Positions 1 through 16,396 of a stretch of DNA of 64,000 nucleotides are shown here, in pieces. Below the pieces are notes generated by a model. That model saw nothing but the letters and a program-made list of their open reading frames with translations, was not told the DNA's origin and made no database searches. This stretch comes from the human T2T-CHM13v2.0 reference genome, Homo sapiens, in the NCBI RefSeq assembly GCF_009914755.1, contig NC_060931.1. One strand, 5' to 3'. Numbering within the stretch: the stretch's first letter is position 1; each line of letters begins with the position of its first letter. A program made the position numbers and the translations under genes.

Positions 1-2077
1 TTATACTTCTGTATACTAACAATGACCAAGTAGATACTAAAATTGAAAATACACTATAATTGACAATTGTCTAATAAAGTGGAAATACTTAGTGCAAATC
101 TAACAAAACACATACAGCACTTGCATGCTGAAAACTACACAACATTGGTAACAGAAGTCAAGGAAAACCTAAATAAATGGAGAGATATAGCAAGTTGATG
201 GATTGGAAAATTCAACATAGTAAAGATGTCAATTCTCCCAAAATTGATATACAGGTTTAATTCAATTCCTATCAAAATCCCTGCAAGAGTTTTTGTAGAT
301 AAAGAGAATATTATTTTAAAATTTACATGGAAAGCAAAGGAACTAAAAATCCCAAGATATTTTAAAAACAGAAGAATAAAGTGGGAGGAATCACTCTACC
401 CCATGTTAAGGCTTATTATATAGCTACAGTAATAAGACAATGTGGCATTAGCAAAGGGATGGACACACAGATCAATGGAACAGAAGAGAGAACCCAGAAA
501 TAGACCCATGCAAATAAGCCCAACTGACTTTTGACAAAGGTTCAAAGTAATTCAATAGAGGAAAGATAGCCTTTCAATAAATGGTGTTGAAACAGCCAGA
601 CATCCAAAGGCAAAAAAAAAAAAAAAAAACTCCACCTAACCTTCACACCTAACCTTCACATCTTATACAAAAATTAACTCAAAATGGATCACAGACACAA
701 ATGTAGAAGATTAAGCTATAAAACTTGTAGGGCAAGCATGGTGGCTCACGCCTATAATCCCAGCACTTCAGGAGGCTAAGGAGTTTGAGACCAGCCTGGG
801 CAGCAGAGCAAGACCACATCTCTAAGAAAAAATTGGCCAGGGGTCATGGCATGCACCTGTGGTCCTAGCTGCTTGGGAGTCTGAGGTGGAAGGATCCCTT
901 GAGCCCAGGAGTTCAAGGCTGTAGTGAGCTATGATCATGCCACTGCACTTCAGCCTGAGCAACAGAACGAGAGCCTGTTGAAAAAAAAAAAAAAAAAAGA
1001 ACTAAAACAAAAAACCAACTATGAAACTTTTAGAAAAAATATAAGAGAAAATCTTTGGGATCTTGGGCTAAGGGCCAAGTGAAGAATTCTTAGACTTGAC
1101 ACCAAACGGCCAATCCATAAAAGGAAAAACTGATAAATTGGATTTCATAAAAAAAAAACCTGTGTTTTGTGAAGACTTTTGCTCTGTGACAGAGGATGAA
1201 AATAAAAATCACAAATAGGAGAAAATATGTATAAGCTACGTATCAACAAATAACTAGTATTTAGACTATAAAGAAATTTTAAATCTCAGAGGTTAGAAAA
1301 AAATCAGATAACTCAATTAGAAAATGAGCAAAAAACACATATAGACCTTCACCAAACAGGACCTTCAGATGGCAAATAAGCCTTTGAAAAGATGTTCAAC
1401 ATCAGCAGCTGTTACACTACACACCTCTCAGAATGGCTAAAATAGAAACCAGTAACAACAGCAAACGCTGGCGAGGATGTGGAGAAACTGAATCACTCAT
1501 ACATTGCTGGTGGGAATGCAAATTGGTACAGCACTCTGGAAAACAGTTAGGCAGTTTCTTATAAAACCAAACATGCACTTAACCCAGCAATTGCACTCTT
1601 GGGCATTTATCCCAGAAAAAGGAAAACTCATGTTCCCCCAAAAATCTACATACCAATGTTCAGAGCAGCTTTATTCCTAATAGCCAAAATTGGAAACAAC
1701 TTAAATTCCTTCAACGGGTAAATGGTTAAACAAACTGTTGCACACTCATACCACGGCATACTACTAAGTAATAAAAAGAAAAAAAACACAGCTACACAGG
1801 GGAACCTCCAAATCATTTAAAAATTATTTCAATTTTTTGAGTTAACTGAAAGTGTGAAAAAGCCATTTTGAGTGAAAAAAAGCCAATCTCAAAATGTTAC
1901 ATACTCAATCATTCCATTTATATAACACTCTTAAAATGGCAAAATTAGAGAGATGGAGACCGGATTAATGCTTTCCAGGAGTTAAGGAGGGGACAGGGTG
2001 TGAGGGAACTGGGTGTGGCTATGAGAGGGCAGTCTAAGGAGCTCTCTTAGACTGGAAACGTCCGGAATCTTCACTCT
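1..2077 (+). mobile_element. Old L1 (L1M-type) ORF2 3' part and 3' UTR, interrupted by AluJ
   Basis: ORF 226-423 MSILPKLIYRFNSIPIKIP is classic L1 ORF2; downstream sequence resembles an L1 3' end and continues after the MLT1 to ~2690. Confidence 0.9.
730..1010 (+). mobile_element. AluJ
   Basis: Diverged Alu dimer with A tail. Confidence 0.85.
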
Positions 2078-2258
2078 TGTGCCAGGCTGATAATGGCTCC
2101 CAAAAATATGTCCACATCCTAATGCCCAGAACATCTAAATGTTACTTTATCTGGAAAAAAGGTCTTTGCAGATATAATTAACTTGAGGATCTGGAGAGGA
2201 GATTATCCTGGATTATCTGGGTGGGCCCTAAATGGCATCACCAGTGTTGTTAGGGATT

Positions 2259-2318
<60 letters not shown>

Positions 2319-2553
2319 ACCCACAGGAAAAGGTGATGGGAAGGCAGAGCACAGAAAGAAGGATTAGATCAGCTGCCAGATGCTAGAAGAGGCAAGGAAC
2401 GGATTCCATTTGGAGTCTCCAGAGGAAGCACAGCCCTGCCTATACCTTGACTTTGAGCTTCTGATCTCCAGAAGTGTGAGAGCGTAGCTTTATCTTGTTT
2501 TCAGCCACCCAGTTTGTGGTGATTTGTTACAGCAGCTACAGGAAACCAACACA
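2078..2553 (+). mobile_element. MLT1 (MaLR) solo LTR containing a (TC)n(CA)n microsatellite
   Basis: TG...CA termini, perfect 5-bp TSD ACTCT (2073-2077 / 2554-2558), MLT1-like sequence. Confidence 0.85.
2259..2314. repeat. (TC)n(CA)~21 microsatellite
   Basis: Visible directly. Confidence 0.95.
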
Positions 2554-2871
2554 ACTCTCCTCCTTGTGATACCGTGCTATAGTTTTGCAAGATGTCACCA
2601 CTGGGGACACTGGACAAAAAATACACATCTCTGCATTATTTCTTACAAATGCATGTCAATCTATAATTATCCCCACATAAGAAGTTTAACTGAAGGATGG
2701 GAGCTGGAGGGGAACGAAGTACAACGCCCCTTGATTTTCAGGGCCTGTTAGAGGAACAGCAATGTGGCTGATGGACTGTGAGGTCGGAGAGATAATGGCC
2801 TCGATGTGTAGGGGGCAGTGAAGAGGATGGGTTGTACAGGCCTTTCTGTGGGTATTTAAAGACTTTGTCCC

Positions 2872-3176
<305 letters not shown>

Positions 3177-3177
3177 T

Positions 3178-5297
<2,120 letters not shown>

Positions 5298-5704
5298 TTA
5301 TTGGGGTGATCCTCATAATTGTATTTTATTTGTTATTATTTTGCTAAGACTGGTGTGGTAGTCTCCTTACTGGTATTCCTGCCTCTAGTCTTGCTGCACT
5401 TCATGTGGCCTCTGACAAACCTCACTGCTTCTCTACATTTCCTCTAGTGTAACTTCTTGAACTACTAAATTGGCCCTGATCACTTCCTTGCTTAAAATCT
5501 TGCCGTGAGCCACCATCCCTAACAATAATCAGCTCACATTTGTCGATCCCTGGCTGTGGCTGTCACTGTGTTGAGTGCTTTATGTGTGTTCTTTACGTTG
5601 ATCCTCATAGGCACTCCAAAAGGCATGTCTGATGATTGCCCTTATTCCATAGGTGATGACACTGAGGGTAAGGGAGGTTAGGTAACTTGCCCAATGCCTT
5701 GTAG

Positions 5705-6207
<503 letters not shown>

Positions 6208-6282
6208 TGTACACTTCATTTCTTACCATTTCTTCTTACCTTGAACTTTGTGCTTTGGCAAAGCTGAATTCTTAAAGGTCCC

Positions 6283-6732
6283 AGGACCAGTCAGACTCCT
6301 GGTAGGAAGGATGTGGCACAGAAAGAGGGTTTAGTTAAAGAGCAGTAATGAAGGGCCCCTTAACAAGAGGTGGGCAGGGCTAAGGGAACCAACGATGATG
6401 GTAAAGCACCCAGACCCCAGCACCAAAGGGAGACCAAGGGGCAAGGAGCAGGGCTGTGCTATCAGAACCATGTTGGAGTTGAGACCATGGAAGAGGGTGT
6501 GTGTCATAGGAACTACGGGGACATGCAGCCACTGCCAAAATCAGGATAAATCCCATGACTCACCTTTCCTCCACACCTCCAGTCTTCTGCTGGGGCCTGC
6601 ATTGGCAAATCCAACCAGAAGCCAGAAGATAAGAGAGCTGGGGTAATGCAGTCTGTAGAGGTCAGCTTGCTTGGGCATAAATGAAGCAGGAGAAGGATAG
6701 AGAATGGATCAGGAGGGACAAAAAGCATTTCT
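6283..6732 (-). mobile_element. ERVL LTR (LTR33-like)
   Basis: Reverse complement resembles recalled LTR33 (gtccctcctgatccattctc...ctggcttctggttggatttgccaatg). Confidence 0.65.
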
Positions 6733-7075
6733 GTCCCTTGCTTAGAGGAATAAATCCCATGACCCCCACCCAGGGGAAACACAAAGTCCCATCAGCCACT
6801 GGATTATTGGTGATTTCAGTTCAATCATACTCCCAATAGGAGCCAAAGCAATAATGTTAGCGACCAGGGCTGCTCTTCATATAAAGTAACAGGAAAAAAA
6901 GGGAAGGGAAAAAAAAGCTCTATCTTGCTGGTCATAAGACCTAAGTTGATGTTGATCCTTTTGGCTTCCTTCTTCCACCCACTGGTGGAAGCAGCATCTC
7001 TGCTGCTCTGATTTTACCTCCTTGGTTGACCCAAATCTTCATCCCCACAAGATACAAGTTCTTAGTAGCTCTGTC

Positions 7076-7366
7076 TTTTTTTTTTTATATGGAGTTTCAC
7101 TCTGTCGCCTAGGCTGGAGTGCAGTGGTGCGATCTTGGCTCACTGCAAGCTCTGCCTCCTGGGTTCACGCCATTCTCCTGCCTCAGCCTCCTGAGTAGCT
7201 GGGACTACAGGCACCCACCACCACGCCTGGCTAATTTTTTGTATTTTTAGTAGAGATGGGGTTTTGCCATGTTAGCCAGGATAGTCTTGATCTCCTGATC
7301 TCGTGATCCACCTGCCTCGGCTTCCCAAAGTGCTGGGATTACAGGCGTGAGTCACCGTGCCCGGCC
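7076..7366 (-). mobile_element. AluY/Sc
   Basis: Alu consensus. Confidence 0.9.
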
Positions 7367-7653
7367 CTTAGCAGCCCTATCTTTATGGGGTTGCCACTGT
7401 GGCCACTGACCATCACTATTGGACAGGAACAACTATGAGTCGCCCCAGCAAGTGCTCTGGTCCAGATAGAACTCTCTTTACCCCTATTCCACAGCAGCAG
7501 CCAATTCCCCTTGGTAACTGGGTACCTGAGCAGTATGGTGACCCCCTTTGACACCTATGGATTCAGCAGCACGAGAAGCCCAACCTGGCCAGTAGGAGGC
7601 TTCAGCTTCCAATGGAGTGAAAACAAGATGTGTTCTCTCTTAAAAGTGGCTGA

Positions 7654-7952
7654 GGCTGGGCGCGGTGGCTCACGCCTGTAATCCCAGCACTTTGGGAGGC
7701 CGAGGTGGGCAGATTACCTGAGATCAGGAGTTCGAGATCAGCCTGGCCAACATGGTGAAACCCCGTCTCTACTAAAAATACAAAAATTAGCCGGGCATGG
7801 TGACACACACCTGTAATCCCAGCTACTCGGGAGGCTGAGGCAGGAGAATTGCTTAGGCCGGGAGATGGAGGTTGCAGTGAGCCGAGATCGTGCCACTGCA
7901 CTCCAGCCTAGCCAACAGAGCGAGACTCTGTCTCAAAAAAAGAAAAAAAAAA
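7654..7952 (+). mobile_element. AluSx
   Basis: Alu consensus. Confidence 0.9.
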
Positions 7953-7975
7953 GTGATTGAGAGAGAACACTTACC

Positions 7976-8250
7976 ATGGCTCATGCCTGTAATCCCAGCA
8001 CTTTGGAAGGCCGAGGTGGAAAAATCTCTTGGGGCCAGGAGTTGGACACCAGCCTAGGCAACAGAGTGACACTCTGTCTCTAAGAAAAATTTTTAAAAGT
8101 TAGCCAAGCCCAGTGGCACACGCCTGTAGTCCTAGCTACTCAGGAGGCTGAGGTGGGAGGATTCCTTGACCCCAGGAGTTCAAGGTTGTAGTGAGCTATG
8201 ATTGCACCACCGCACCCCAGTCTGGGAGATAGAGCAAGACTTTGTCTTAA
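7976..8250 (+). mobile_element. AluJ
   Basis: Diverged Alu. Confidence 0.85.
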
Positions 8251-10719
8251 GACATGGTTAAGATGATAAATTTTATGTTATCTGTATTTTACTACAACAA
8301 AAAATTTTGAAAAAAAAGGACCCAACTCACACCCATTACATTGGTTAAAATCAAGAAGACTGACCAACCCAAGCACTGGCAGGAAGGCAGAGCAAATACT
8401 GAAAAAGGCTTGGCAGCTTCTTGACATGTCTCCCATATGACCCAGCCATTCTACTCCTAAATGATTATTTCCTGCCTTCTCCACTCTCTTCAAATCTCCA
8501 GCATCTCCCTCAGAACAAATAAATTGAGTCTCCAGGAATACTCTCTCAAAGAACAGGAACCTATGTATTCTGGCTATAGGGGAAACAGCACCATATTTTG
8601 GCCATTGGCTTAAAGTATCTACCACATCGTCTAGGGGAGCACCCCAGCCTCACAGGGTTCTGTCCTCCACTCGGTGCCATAACTGAGCCTTCAGTGGGCC
8701 ATTTCCCAGATTCACCCACACAGTTGCAACTGAGCGATAGGCACAGCGTAAGACCAGTGGATTCTCTGGGCATAAACTCAGTGCCACAGGTCTTTTGTTA
8801 TTATGAGTTCCTTGGTTGGAGATGATGTTGTAGGGGTTACCATGACAATAAATAGGGCATTCTGGAAATCTTCAAACAGTGGGACTGGCAGAAGCAGTGC
8901 AAGTAGGGAAAGCAAGTCTGTATCTGGAATAGGACTCCACTCTTCTTTTGTTTGTTTGTTTTAATAATAAAATTCTGTTAGTTACTCCAAAGGACTCCAT
9001 CCTTAAGAGGACAAATTGATAGCCGCCTCATGAAGGAGTGATACAAAGTTAGCATCAACCTATTTCCAGGGGGCTGGCTGGTTCCTGTGGATGGTGCAAT
9101 GTCAGGGATTCAATGTTGGTTATTTCTAGTATTTAGCAGTTTGGGAACTCAATGGTAATGGCATCCATATGAGCCCCAGTGGCGGGTACCTACTGAGGAA
9201 GGATTGGGTAGGGGAAAAACAAGCTGGCTGACATTCACAGGAGGAATTGATCATTTCATCAGCCTGATCATTGAAAGCCTCCTCTGCAGTGGGTGACTCT
9301 GATGGGAATGTGCATGATACATGAGTATCTTCATGTGGTGCCCATTCTGGGACCTCTGTCCACATACCTCTTTCCCAGACTTCCTGGTCACCAGTCTTCT
9401 GGCTTTGACCAAAGTTCCTGACCAGCCACACAATCTATTACCCATTACCCATTAGTCAATGTAGAGCCATACCCTAAGCCATCTTGCCTCCAAAGCAAAG
9501 CAGACAACTAGATTGGCTAAAATTTGTCTACTGGGAGGCTTTCCCTTCACTACTGTCTTCTGGGCCCATTTCTGCATGGAACTTAGTGCAGTGGTCATAC
9601 ACTTCCATCTGATGACCCTTCTGTAAACAATAGATTGATTTTTCTTCATCGTCTATTAAGTAGGCAGAGGGAACTCACTATGAAGCCATAGTTGTGAGTT
9701 GAGGGAGAGGTAGCAAAAAAGTAGGAGTGGATACCATTAAAGTTTGAGCTGCTGACCCGGGCAATTATTTGTACCTTCTGGACCTGAGCGAGCTTATTCT
9801 TACAGCTGCTATGCAATGCAAGCTGCACACATTCAGCTTTATGACTTGGTGGATTAGGTAAACTCAGCTCACGATGAACAGCGCATGCCGCACCGTTACT
9901 TGGTACTCCAAGGACAGGCATTTAGTCCTTACAGGATCTAGATTTAGATTTTCCCACCTATTTATTCTTTCCCAGGATCATTATTCTTTATTGCATTACT
10001 GTGCTTCCATCTGGTATCATTTTCCTTCTTCCCAAATAAATTGCTTTATTATTTGCTTTACTGCAGGTCTGCTGGCAAAAATTCTGTTGGCGTGCTTATT
10101 AAAAAAAAGACAACTTTATTTTGCCTTTATTTTTGAAGGTAATATATCTTTTTCTTTTTTCCTTTGGCTGTTTTTTTAAGATTTACTCTTTGACTCTGGC
10201 TTTTTGCAGTTTTACTACAGTGGAACCAAGCATGGTTTTCTTTGTATTTATCCTGCTTACAGGTCATATGGGACTTCTTAAATCTGTGGCTGAAATCTTT
10301 CATCATTTTTTGAACACTCTTGACCACTATCCCCTCCTGTGTTATTTCTGCTTCAATGTCTCTCCTGTCTTTCTGGGGCACCAGAATCATGTATATTAGG
10401 CTGTTTCACTGGGTCTCATGTGTCTGTTATACCATTTTCTATATCTTATTTTTTTCTCCCTTGCCTATGTCCTTCAATATGAATATTTTCTACTGAGCTA
10501 ACTTTTAGTTAACAAAGCCTCTTATCTGCAGTTCTCGTCTGCTGTTGAATTCATCTACTAGAGTCTTGAATTTAGCTATTTTATTGTTCAGTTTATGTTT
10601 TTTTATTCTCTTTTTTTAGATTTGAGGTTTCTAACAATACTCCCCACCTTTTCCTTCCTATTTTCTTGAAAATATTATTTTTAAATATTCTTTAATAATT
10701 ATTTATCTTCTCGAACGTA

Positions 10720-11432
10720 TGCATTAGTTCATTCTTACATTGCTACAAAGAAATACTTGGCCAGGCATGATGGCTCACGTCTGTAATCCTAGCACTTTGG
10801 GAGGCTGAGGCAGGCGGATCACCTGAGGTCAGGAGTTTGAGACCAGCCTGGCCAATGTGGTGAAACCCCATTTCTACTAAAAATACAAAAATTAGCCGGG
10901 TGTGGTGGCACATGCCTGTAATCTCGGCTACTTGGGAGGCTGAGGTGAGAGAATCGCTTGAACCTGGGAGACGGAGGTTGCAGTGAGCCCAGATTGTGCC
11001 ACTGGACTCTAGGCTGGATGACAGAGTGAGACTCTGTCTCAAACAAAACAAAACAAAACAAAACAAAAAAACTTGAGACTGGGTAACTTATAAAGAAAAG
11101 AGGCTTAATTGGCTCATGGTTCTGCAGGCTGTACAGGAAGCATGGCTGGAGAGGCCTCAGGAAACACAATCATGGTGGAAAGTGAGGGAACCTGGCATGT
11201 CTTCACAAGGCCAGGGCAGGAGGAAGGGAGGGAGCGGGAAGGTGCTACACACTTTTAAACAACCAGACCTCAAGATAACTCACTCTCACTGTGACAACAC
11301 CAAGGGGGATGGTGTTAAACCACAAGAAACCATCCCCACGATCCAATCACCTCCCACCAGGTCCCACCTCCAACCTTGGGGATTACAATTTGACATAAGA
11401 TTTGGCTGGGGACACAGATCCAAACCATGTCA
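10720..11432 (-). mobile_element. MSTA/MSTB-type MaLR LTR, split by AluSx (10759-11071, +)
   Basis: tgcattagttc...gagactgggtaacttataaagaaaagagg...ggggacacagatccaaaccatgtca. Confidence 0.85.
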
Positions 11433-12074
11433 ACATATTTATTTAAAAATCTACATCTAATAACTCCAATATCTAGATCACCTGTGAACCTGTTTCCATT
11501 TTCTATTCTCCCCTTGGTTCTCTCTCATTTGGTCTTGTTTTTGGTATGCCTAGTAATTTTTTTACAGCTTTACTGAGGTATGATTGATATGTAATAAACT
11601 GCACACATTTAAAATACACAATTTGATAAATTTTGGCATATGTATTTATTGTGAAACCATCACCACAATCAAGATAATGAGTGTATCCATTACCCCCAGA
11701 AGTTTCCTTGTGTCCCTTGGTAATCCATTGCTTTCTATGTCCTCCCCCACCATCCCCAGGCAACCACTGAACTATCAGTATAGACTCATTTGCATTTTCT
11801 AGAATTTTATATAAATCAAATCACACTGTATGTGTTTTTGGTATGGCTTCTTTCACTCAGAATAATTATTTTGAGACTTACTGTGTAATTGTATATATCA
11901 ACAGCTTATTCTTTTTTATTGCTGAATAGTATTCCATTGTGTGGATATACCACAATTTGTCTATTCATTTACCTTCTGATGAACTTGTGGATTGTTTCCA
12001 CTTTGGGGCTATTAAAAAAACAAAATGCTGCAACATTCTTGTACAAATCTTTTTGTGAAACTATGTTGTTGTTG

Positions 12075-12402
<328 letters not shown>

Positions 12403-12577
12403 TAGATGAGGAATAACTGGGTCATATTGTAGGTGTATGTTTTATCTTTTAACAAGCTGCTAAGCTGTCTTGCAATGTGATTATACCACCACCAGTGTAT
12501 GAGAGTTCCATTTGCTCTACATTTGCAGTCAGTCTTTTTAATATTAGCTACTTCAGTGGGTGTGTAGTGATATCTCA

Positions 12578-12958
<381 letters not shown>

Positions 12959-14549
12959 CTATATATCTTCTTTGGTGAAGTGTTCAGATCTTTTGCTAAT
13001 TTTTTTCAAGGATGTGTCTCGATGGTAATTTTGATTGAATTCGAGACATTGCATGTGAAAAAGAGGCTCTGGGTGATATGTATTCCTACTTTATATTGGC
13101 AGGCAGATGGAAGACGGGCAAATCACTTTGGTGCAGCTAAGGGTGGGCTGCTGGCTTTGCTCAGGCTGGCCTTCCTGGCTTCTCTATTTGCCTACAGCAT
13201 AACCCTTCAGTATCTTTAGGTGAAAGGTTGTATTTCATGTTCTTTCTGTTCTGGAAGACACTGAACCCCATATTCTCTCTCCTCTCTATCTTGACACCAC
13301 TGAATGACTGTGTTTCAGCCTCTAACCAGATGCTTGCTGTTTGATTTCTTGCCCCTTGTTCTGGAAGGCCAAGGAGACTGAAGAGCCATCATGGGCGTGG
13401 CCACAGCCAGAGCCCTCTCAGCTCCAGGATCTTGAGGATAGCACAACCCAGTGAGATTCATGGCGGCTCCTGGTGAATCTGTATAATCCCCCAGGTCTAA
13501 GGTCCCAGGAGCCTCAGAAGCACCCGTGGAGGTGGGATGGATCCTGCCAGATGATTTCCAGTCCAAGCAGGTAGGGAGAGGTGTGAAGTGAGTCCTGTTC
13601 CTATCTGGGATCTTTGTGTTCTTCCAAAAGTAAGACTCCAACCGGGGAGGCACCAAAAGCAGCAGGGAAGGGGAAGAGGTATGCTGATGGAAGAATGGTG
13701 ACTGAGGGACTTCACCCCCCACCCCTACCCCTGCAGTCTAGAATGATCCTTTCATAAGCAGGATGAGCGGAACTTCAGGATTCTGGTGTCACTTACAGCG
13801 CTGCCTTAGTGAGCCTTGCTCAGGGTCACTCGCCCCTAGTAGCTCCTGTGGGAAGGTGACCTTCCACTCCTGGGGGAGCAGGCAGAGCAGGAAGTCTCGA
13901 GGAAAAGACAGGAACGGGAGCATTTCCTTTGGGTTGTTAGTAACCCTGGAATAGCCCCTATGTCTTTTGTTGTTTAATATTTTTAACTTTTTCTTGTGAA
14001 AAAATTAAATAAATACACAAGCTGACTGGGTAGTCTAATGAGCCCCCATGTACCCATCACCCAGCTTCAACAAGATACAGCCAGTTTCGTTTCATCTATG
14101 CTCCTACCCACTTCCCCCTTCTTGTATTACCTTAAAGAAACTCCTAGACGTCATATTATTTCATTTGTAAGTACGTCAGTGTGCATCTCTAAACAGTAAG
14201 ACTTCTTTTTATATATATGTAAATATATATAAAGCCATAATACATAATATATCAATATTCGATATTATTATCATATTAATAGCTAATACATTATGGTTTT
14301 CTATACATACAACCATAATATCAATATATGTAACCTATATATAACCATAAAACCATCATCACACCTAAAAAATTAAAAATACCTTCTTCATTTCATCAAA
14401 TATCCAGGAAGTGTTTAAGTTTCCAGTTGTCTTCTAAACTTCTAAACTATCCTTTAAACTATAGCGTGCTTATTTGAATCAAGATTCAAATAAGATTTAC
14501 ACATTGAGATAATTTGATCCATCTTTTAAGCCCCTTTTACCCTGTTTCT

Positions 14550-15226
14550 TGCATCTGTGTGAGCATGCATGTGTGCTTGTGGGTGTGCATGTATGTGTGT
14601 GTGTGCGCACATGAGCATTTGCATGAGTATGTATATGTGCATGCATGAATGTGTGTGTCATGTGCATGCGTGAATGTGTGTGCATGTGAGTGTGTGTGCA
14701 TGCGTGAATGTGTGTGCATGTGAGTGTGTGCGTGTGTGCGTGTGTGAGTGTGTGTGCATATGCATGCATGAATGTGCGTGTGCATGTGTGCATGTGCATG
14801 TGTGAATGTGCGTGTGCATGTGTGCCTGTGCATGTGTGAATGTGTGTGCATGCATGAATGTGTGTGCGTGTGTGCATATGCACACAAGAATGTGTGTGTG
14901 CATGTGTGCATGTCCATGCTGAATGTGTGTGCACATGTGCATGTGTGAATGTGTGTGTGCTTGTGTGTGCATGTGCATGTGAATGTGTGTGTGCATGTGC
15001 ATGTATGAATGTGTGTGCTCGTGGGTGCATGTGCATGTGTCAATGTGTGAGTGTGTCTGCATATGCATGCATGAATGTGTGTGTGCATGTGAGTGTGTGT
15101 GTGCGTGTGTGAGTGTGTGTGCATATGCATGCATGAATGTGCGTGTGCATGTGTGCATATGCATGTGTGGATGTGTGAGTGTATGTGCACGTGTGTGCAT
15201 GTGCATGTGTGAATGTGTGTGCATGG
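14550..15226. repeat. (TG/TGCA)n alternating purine-pyrimidine low-complexity tract, ~680 bp
   Basis: Runs of tgtg interleaved with tgcatgca and tgaatg; internal duplicated blocks. Confidence 0.95.
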
Positions 15227-15951
15227 GTGAGGAAGCAGGCCATTTGTCCTTCAGGGTTTCCCATGGCCTGGACCTCGCTGGCTGCACCTCTGTGGGGGGC
15301 TCCTGTGCTTTTCCACCAGGAGGGGCACCCTGTGGGGTTGTCTCTCCCTGTGATATTAACTGCAACGGATGGTCAACAATAGATTCATTAATTCAGCATT
15401 TGGTCCTACACTAGTGGGCCTGAAAAGCTTCCTCTTGGAGATGCAGGAGAAGGACAAGGCAGGCTCCTGTGTCCTCTTACTTCTCTCTCCCAAAACTCCG
15501 CTTCTCCAGACCTGCCCCAAGGGGTGCAATCAGAATGGTTCTCTTCTGCCCCAGCCCTCAGGGCCCCGCTTTTGGTGGGTCCTGGTGCCCCACCCTGTAG
15601 AGGCTAGATCCCTGCGGAATGAAGAATGAGGAAATTGATGAGACAGCAGCTGCCATCTCTGCAGTCCTCCTTCCAGGTAACAGCCCAGGTGCTGGGTCAG
15701 GCCAGGAGGGGAAATGCCTTAAGGCAGCGAAGCTTTCTCAGCATCCTCAACTCAGGTGGCCTGACTGCTTGGTGACAGGAGTTGAGGATGGAACAAACCA
15801 TCCTGATGGTGGCCCCTGAATAAAGACTTCTGGGCCACAAGGGAACAAGGATGTGTTGAGTGACAGCATGGTTCCTCAGGCAGACCCGGGTCCAGACACC
15901 AACTGCACCACCTAATCGGCTGTGTGCCATTGAGGACATTACTCCTGTCCC

Positions 15952-16396
15952 TGTCATAGGCTGATAATGCCCCCCAGAGACACCAGGTCCCCATTGCTGG
16001 TACCTGTCAACCTTACCTTATTGGAAAAGGGTCTTTGTAGATGTGATTAAGTTAAAGCTTTTGACATGGGGACTGTCCCAGATGGTCCAGGTGGGCCCTA
16101 AATGTGGTGGGAAATGTCCTCATAAGAAAGGTAGAGGGACATTTTACACAAGGAGAAGACCACGCGAAGACTGAGTGGAAGAAGATTGAAAGACGCTGGC
16201 CATGCAGATTGGAGTGATGCAGCAACAAGCCAAGGTAAGCTGGCAGCCACAGGAGCTGGAAGAAGCAAGACTCCACTCTAGAGCCCCTGGATCCCTGATT
16301 TCAGAGTTCTCCAGAACTGGGAGAGAATACATTTCTGCTGTTCTAAGCCACCAAGCTTGTGGTAATGTGTTACAACAGCCACGGGAAACTAACTCA
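15952..16396 (+). mobile_element. MLT1 (MaLR) LTR
   Basis: gggtctttgtagatgtgattaagttaa...ttctaagccaccaagcttgtggtaatgtgttacaacagcc. Confidence 0.85.

Larger units (their letters stand above)
6733..9920 (-). mobile_element. Decayed ERVL internal (pol RNase H/integrase) fragments, interrupted by Alus and L1
   Basis: Peptides GDQEVWERGMW...AEEAFNDQADEM (RNase H-like) and YGAVSPIARIH (ERVL integrase C-terminus) on the minus strand. Confidence 0.7.

Noticed and set aside
14497-15414. Multiple His/Met/Thr or Cys/Val-rich ORFs
   Set aside because: Artefacts of the TG/TGCA tract.
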